IMG/VR virus record: IMGVR_UViG_3300049216_000035
Span: 10,542 to 74,541 of that record
DNA from: a virus
Strand: one strand, 5' to 3'
Length of the DNA: 64,000 nt
Notes under the pieces: generated by a model
Told to the model about the DNA's origin: nothing
Databases searched by the model: none
What the model saw: only the letters and a program-made list of their open reading frames with translations
Translations under genes and position numbers: made by a program
In this document: positions 59,684 to 64,000 of the stretch, one piece after another
Layout of the letters: the number at the start of each line of letters is the position of its first letter
Numbering within the stretch: the first letter of the stretch is position 1

Positions 59684-60122
59684 GCGAAACGGGGTGTCCT
59701 TCGATGATCGAGATTGCCTGAACTTGGAGCGGCATGTCGCCCGTCTTCCAGTTCTTGGCAATCGTCGCGATCTGTTCGACTTGATCGGAGTACGGCGACT
59801 CGCAATTCTGATCCACGAAGCCAAGTAGGCCCGCAGCTTCCTGCGCGTCCTTGTCAGCGGGCTTCCCGGCGTTCTCTTCGATACCGACAATCTCCATATA
59901 CGCGCCCGCGCCGTACATCATCGTCTGACACGCGGCGTCGGCGTCGTCAGCCTTCACCTCTGCAACGTAGTTGTGGTAGTAGTCGTCCACCACGTTGCGA
60001 CACTCCGCTACGTCTTGCGACTTCACGCAGTTGTCCAGTTGGGTCTGGGTAGACTTTGGCTCCGCGCTCGCGGGCGCAGCAGTAAGAAGAATCGCAACTG
60101 CGATCAGGGCGGCACGGATCAT
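59670..60122 (-). CDS. Secreted protein with signal peptide
   Basis: MIRAALIAVAILLTAAPASA signal peptide; four Cys. Confidence 0.65.
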   Translation of the reverse strand: MIRAALIAVAILLTAAPASAEPKSTQTQLDNCVKSQDVAECRNVVDDYYHNYVAEVKADDADAACQTMMYGAGAYMEIVGIEENAGKPADKDAQEAAGLLGFVDQNCESPYSDQVEQIATIAKNWKTGDMPLQVQAISIIEGHPVSLTQS

Positions 60123-60125
60123 GTT

Positions 60126-60404
60126 CTAGCCTTCTTTAGAGAGGTGTGCCCCGTAAGCCAGCGTGAGTCCGGTCGTAAAACCACGCTTGTACTCGGGGTC
60201 TGTTTTGATCTTGAAGTCCAGTTCGCCAAGTGTGAAAAAGCCCGCGACGAACAGTTCGATCACTGCGCGCAGGGTAAGGATGTCGTCCTTGTAGGCATCT
60301 GCCATCGTATCGAGGGCGGTGAGAACGTCCTCGGGTACGGCAAGACCAGCCGTGACTCCACGGCTGTATTCAGACTCAGGCATCTCCTGTGTGATTCGAC
60401 GCAC
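60126..60404 (-). CDS. Hypothetical protein
   Basis: Internal repeat EYxRGxTxGL (two copies). Confidence 0.5.
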   Translation of the reverse strand: MRRITQEMPESEYSRGVTAGLAVPEDVLTALDTMADAYKDDILTLRAVIELFVAGFFTLGELDFKIKTDPEYKRGFTTGLTLAYGAHLSKEG

Positions 60405-60758
60405 GATAGGAGAGTCCTGCTAACGAGAGTCGCAACTCTAGCCGAAGTCTATGATGTCAGCCTCACTGACAAGACTATCCAAGAGAAAGCTAGAACTCAT
60501 GGACCTCGACCCCTACGCAAACTACTGTAAAGGCTGCGGCTACCCGCTCGATGACGACGGGAAATGCCCCCACGCTGTCGCCGGAACCCTGCACGGAACC
60601 GTGCGCGCCCTATCTAAAGGGTTTCAAGCGACAGTGATCGGAGCCAGTACACTGCTCCTACTCTTGGGAGCCTGCCACTAACTAGACTTGAAGTGCAACC
60701 TATTTTTATACCGTTAGGGTTATGGGGTCCTGTAAAGACTATTCCTGAAAGGCTAGAT

Positions 60759-61019
60759 ATGACCTCAACCCTACTCGCGTCCTTACTTACTGTGGCGATC
60801 ATCTTCGCCGTGCTCTACATCTGCGAGCGAGCGCGCCGCGTCGATCTACGACGCCGACTCGACTGCATCATCCGCATGGATGACGAAGCGTTCGCTCGAC
60901 GCGACGCTACGATCAAGCAACTTCAAAACGATCTTCGGGAAGCCCGTAGTATCAAATCTTCTGCGCCTGCGCGTGATCGCCACCCAGCAACGACGCATGC
61001 CGGATCGGGGAACTACTAA
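60759..61019 (+). CDS. N-terminal TM plus coiled-coil protein
   Basis: AAGGCTAGA upstream; TM helix. Confidence 0.55.
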   Translation: MTSTLLASLLTVAIIFAVLYICERARRVDLRRRLDCIIRMDDEAFARRDATIKQLQNDLREARSIKSSAPARDRHPATTHAGSGNY

Positions 61020-61020
61020 C

Positions 61021-61752
61021 ATGACTACCTACGACGCGGAGCGTATCGCCTACACCACGCACGGTGCCTGCGGGCAAACTCGCGCGAACGGCACGACTCC
61101 CTACATCACTCACCCGCGCAAGATCGCGCTCTATACTCAAGAGTTCAGCGAGTATGGCGACCTTAAAGCCTTCGACGGCCCCGACCGGAACGACCGGATC
61201 GTCGCTGCCTTCTTGCACGACGTACTCGAAGACACGAAGCTGACCCGCTCGGACCTCCTGTTCCTCGGGATCAGCTACAAGCAGTTGGACATCGTGGAAC
61301 GGCTTACGAAGCCGGATGCTGGGCCAGCCCCGCGCTCGTACTATCAGAGGATCGCCGAGAACGACGACGCCTTGGTTGTGAAGTGTGCAGATCGCTGCGC
61401 GAACCTGGACGACGCCCTCGCTGAACTTGAAGTAGAGGAGCCGACCGAACCCCGACGTTGGGGGCGCTACGTCGAAAAAACGTACCGGGATGTACTCCCA
61501 ATGTACAAGACGCTGCCGTATCTGCGCCAGCAGTTGGTGACGAGGCTCGAAGCAATCGAAGCTGCGTTGCCCGCCTCACTGGGACGCCGCGCCGCTGTGG
61601 TTGCTCGCGAGCGTGATCCGTGGAAGTTCTACTTCGAGCGGACTGCTGGTGCGAACTCGCACTCGGCCGAGATAGCGGACCTAGACGCTGGCGAAGCCTT
61701 CGCGGACCCCGCGTGGGCGGTGCCGGGAATCAACGCCAGCAGCATCGATTGA
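61021..61752 (+). CDS. HD-domain (p)ppGpp hydrolase-like protein (small alarmone hydrolase/Mesh1 type)
   Basis: H..QTR...PYITHP, AFLHDVLEDT, VKCADRCANL. Confidence 0.82.
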   Translation: MTTYDAERIAYTTHGACGQTRANGTTPYITHPRKIALYTQEFSEYGDLKAFDGPDRNDRIVAAFLHDVLEDTKLTRSDLLFLGISYKQLDIVERLTKPDAGPAPRSYYQRIAENDDALVVKCADRCANLDDALAELEVEEPTEPRRWGRYVEKTYRDVLPMYKTLPYLRQQLVTRLEAIEAALPASLGRRAAVVARERDPWKFYFERTAGANSHSAEIADLDAGEAFADPAWAVPGINASSID

Positions 61753-61769
61753 CGCCTCACTAAGGCGAA

Positions 61770-61815
61770 CAGAAAGAAGACCGGGTAGCTACTCCCGGTC
61801 TTCTTTTCTTTTCTT
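61770..61815. terminator. Bidirectional intrinsic terminator
   Basis: agaaagaagaccgggtagctactcccggtcttcttttctttt. Confidence 0.85.
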
Positions 61816-61908
61816 GCGGGGCAGACCACTTATTACACGCCGCCTGCCCCAAGCGTGTTATCCCCGGCCAGCGTACCGTCACCGGGAAATCGAGTGCCTG
61901 TCAAGCGC

Positions 61909-62622
61909 CTACAAGTCTACCACGATTGGCGTGTTGAGCGGGACGTATTCGCGCGTCATTATGGCAGCGTTGACGAACGTCAGCTATCGGCTGGCTCGTC
62001 TGCGTTCCCCCCAGTCTTCGCGCCCGTAGGACTCGTGCAAGTGACCGAAGACGTGCAGCCGTAGATGATCCAGTGCTTCGATTCGTTTCCAGAGTTCTGG
62101 ACAGCCCGCGCGAGTGTCCTCGCCACCATACGTCAGATCGAGGATGCCTCGCGGCGGACTATGCGTCACGAGTATCTGGGTGTCGTCGGGTATCTTCGCC
62201 CACGTCGCCTTCGCCGTCTCGTGCCCCGGATCGTGACGCGGGAAGTTGAACGCCCAATCGTAGAACCAAGGTTGCCAGGGTGAACCGTAGACTTTGAAGC
62301 CTTCGATAGTCGCCGACTGATCGATCAGCGGCGTGATCGTCGGGAACCGCGACATGAGGTCATCGACCGAGACGCCTTGCGGAAGAAGCCAACCTCGGAA
62401 CGAGGCCGGGCGGTTCGGATCGAACAGCCAGTCGTGGTTGCCGGGCACGACCACCTTGTGCTTGTGCGGGAGCGAATCGATCCACGCAAGTTCGCGTTCG
62501 ACTTCACCCTGCGTACCGCGATAGGTCAGATCGCCCGCGTGGATCAGCAGGTCGCCGTCCGGGACTTCGATCTTACCTTCACTGCCAGCGCAGTGCGTGT
62601 CCGACAAACAGACGACTCGCAA
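61909..62622 (-). CDS. Metallophosphoesterase (MPPED2-like) with in-frame TAG at 61986-61984 before its conserved C-terminus
   Basis: LSDTH, HAGDLT, PGNHD, THSPP, GHLHE; after the TAG the same frame reads LTFVNAAIMTREYVPLNTPIVVDL*. Confidence 0.85.
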
Positions 62623-62644
62623 TATACTCTAATCTTCTAAGCGT

Positions 62645-62780
62645 GGGGGTTCGTAGTTAGAGAGAGAGCCGGGCTTTCACCCGACTCTCCGGTTGTGCGG
62701 CGCTTAGGCCGCGAGAGGCAGAGCCTCGTACTCGTTGCCAGTTGAATCTGGCGCGTACACTGCGCCAACTACTACGCCCA
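62645..62780 (-). ncRNA. Candidate tmRNA-like RNA lacking the tRNA-like domain (tag GNEYEALPLAA*)
   Basis: TATACT at 62789-62784; hairpin; UUCAACU|GGC resume-like context; 11-codon tag at 62739-62704; stop codon in a hairpin loop; 5'/3' pairing. Confidence 0.55.
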
Positions 62781-63051
62781 TCTAGTATACGACATCTGGG
62801 TCGGAACTCCTGCTAACCAGACTACTGCAAAGTATCCCGCCAAGGGATACTACCGCAACCTAGACTTGAAACGCAGTGTTATGAAGAGTGAGGAGACAAA
62901 GATGCCCACCACCGCCCTTCGATTCCAGTGCCGCTCGACCAACCCGGTCAACGGAGCCAAGTGCCTCCGACCCGCAGGCCACGAGGGTAAGTGCGCGGGA
63001 TGCCTCTGCTCCTGGTACAACACCACCCCACTGAAAGGCTAGATACTACTT

Positions 63052-63264
63052 ATGACCATCCGAACCTTCTACTGTGCCGATTGCGGCCAGCCGTTCCAGA
63101 CCACCCGCGACTCCCAATCCCGCTGCAACCCCTGCCGTGTTGAAGCTGGCGACAAGCCCCTCTACGACGACGAAGACCCGACCCCGACCGACCTCGCCCG
63201 GATCGACAACGACATCCGCAACCTCTCGTGCGACCCCGCCGACGAGTGCGTACACTGTCAGTAG
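63052..63264 (+). CDS. Small Cys-rich (zinc-ribbon) protein
   Basis: CADC, CNPC, CVHC; AAGGCTAGA upstream. Confidence 0.6.
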   Translation: MTIRTFYCADCGQPFQTTRDSQSRCNPCRVEAGDKPLYDDEDPTPTDLARIDNDIRNLSCDPADECVHCQ

Positions 63265-64000
63265 ATTAGACCACATCCTAAAATCCGCCACCACCAGTTG
63301 GTGAGCAGCGCGACCCGGCCCCCGTACCGCCCCGGAAAAAGCTCGCTGCCCGGTTGCCTGGACTCTCCGGGCGACGGTCTGGGCAACGCGATCAGCATGG
63401 TCGTACAGAACACTCCTAGAACAGACTCCACCCGTCCGGTCTACGAAACCGAGGAGGCTGGCTGCGCTGTGCGCCACGCCGCTTGACTTGGCTGGGCCTC
63501 GGGCTTATCGGTGAGTATGAGTTGTTGTCATATGTGTGCGATCATCATATGCATATACAATATGAATGATGTGTATGTCGCTATACGACCTATAGTGGTT
63601 ACTGGGGTCTAATGTGTACTAGTTCGGCTCGATCCCCCGGCCGTGACGATTTTTGTAGCTGAGCCATAGCCATAGTGCTGTTTAGCGCGACTTCATCTAA
63701 TGGCCTACTTTTGACGCCTGCATACAAGTGTTTGACCTCGACGCATTACATCGCACCCATTAGCTCATATTATCTACGACAAAAGCGGAGGAAGGTGTCA
63801 AATAATAAGTGGTAAAATGCAACGACTGAGGGAGCTATGAGGACCAGTTCGAGTGGGTTGCAAACTGCTTGAACTGGATGCGAACCAGTCATCGCGAGCA
63901 GTATGATGTGACGATATATGCAGGTTTGTTCTAGCCTTCCTGTATGTATCGTTCACATCATACTGTCGTTAGATCAAACCCCCGCCGAGATGCGTTTTTC

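Noticed and set aside
61984-61986. Genome-wide TAG reassignment
   Set aside because: Many genes end cleanly at TAG (SSB, primase, xis); this is a single case.
62645-62860. Canonical full-length or standard two-piece tmRNA
   Set aside because: No D-loop (GG..UUCGAC), T-arm or alanine acceptor end nearby; retained only as a TLD-less candidate.

Overview
The window is most of a temperate siphovirus-like phage genome, read mainly on the minus strand. Left to right: an un-called terminase small subunit running off the left edge; a sigma-like gene; a recombination block (RecA, three PD-(D/E)XK nucleases); a replication module (intein-containing Pol A, SSB, primase, DnaB, a degenerate DnaC-like loader, and an initiator carrying lambda-like iterons); a SNF2 helicase; a stand-alone ClpP; a lysis cassette; a siphovirus tail with a -1 frameshifted chaperone; head genes; and about 20 kb of accessory genes (GT9, SLT, MazG-like, ThyX, integrase/xis, HD hydrolase, phosphoesterase). 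The portal and large terminase are not in the window. Best candidate for an undescribed system: a ~135-nt minus-strand element at ~62645-62780 resembling the mRNA-like domain of tmRNA (resume context, tag GNEYEALPLAA*, stop codon in a hairpin loop, closing helix) with no tRNA-like domain, in a phage that also encodes a non-capsid ClpP. Other notable signals: a 3' half of tRNA-Sec (probable attP) 6.5 kb from the integrase, a start-associated motif AAGGCTAGA, an ECF-type promoter set, and an intergenic pseudoknot. Several homopolymer-linked frameshifts suggest possible indel errors in the assembly. All calls come from reading motifs by eye; no database searches were run.
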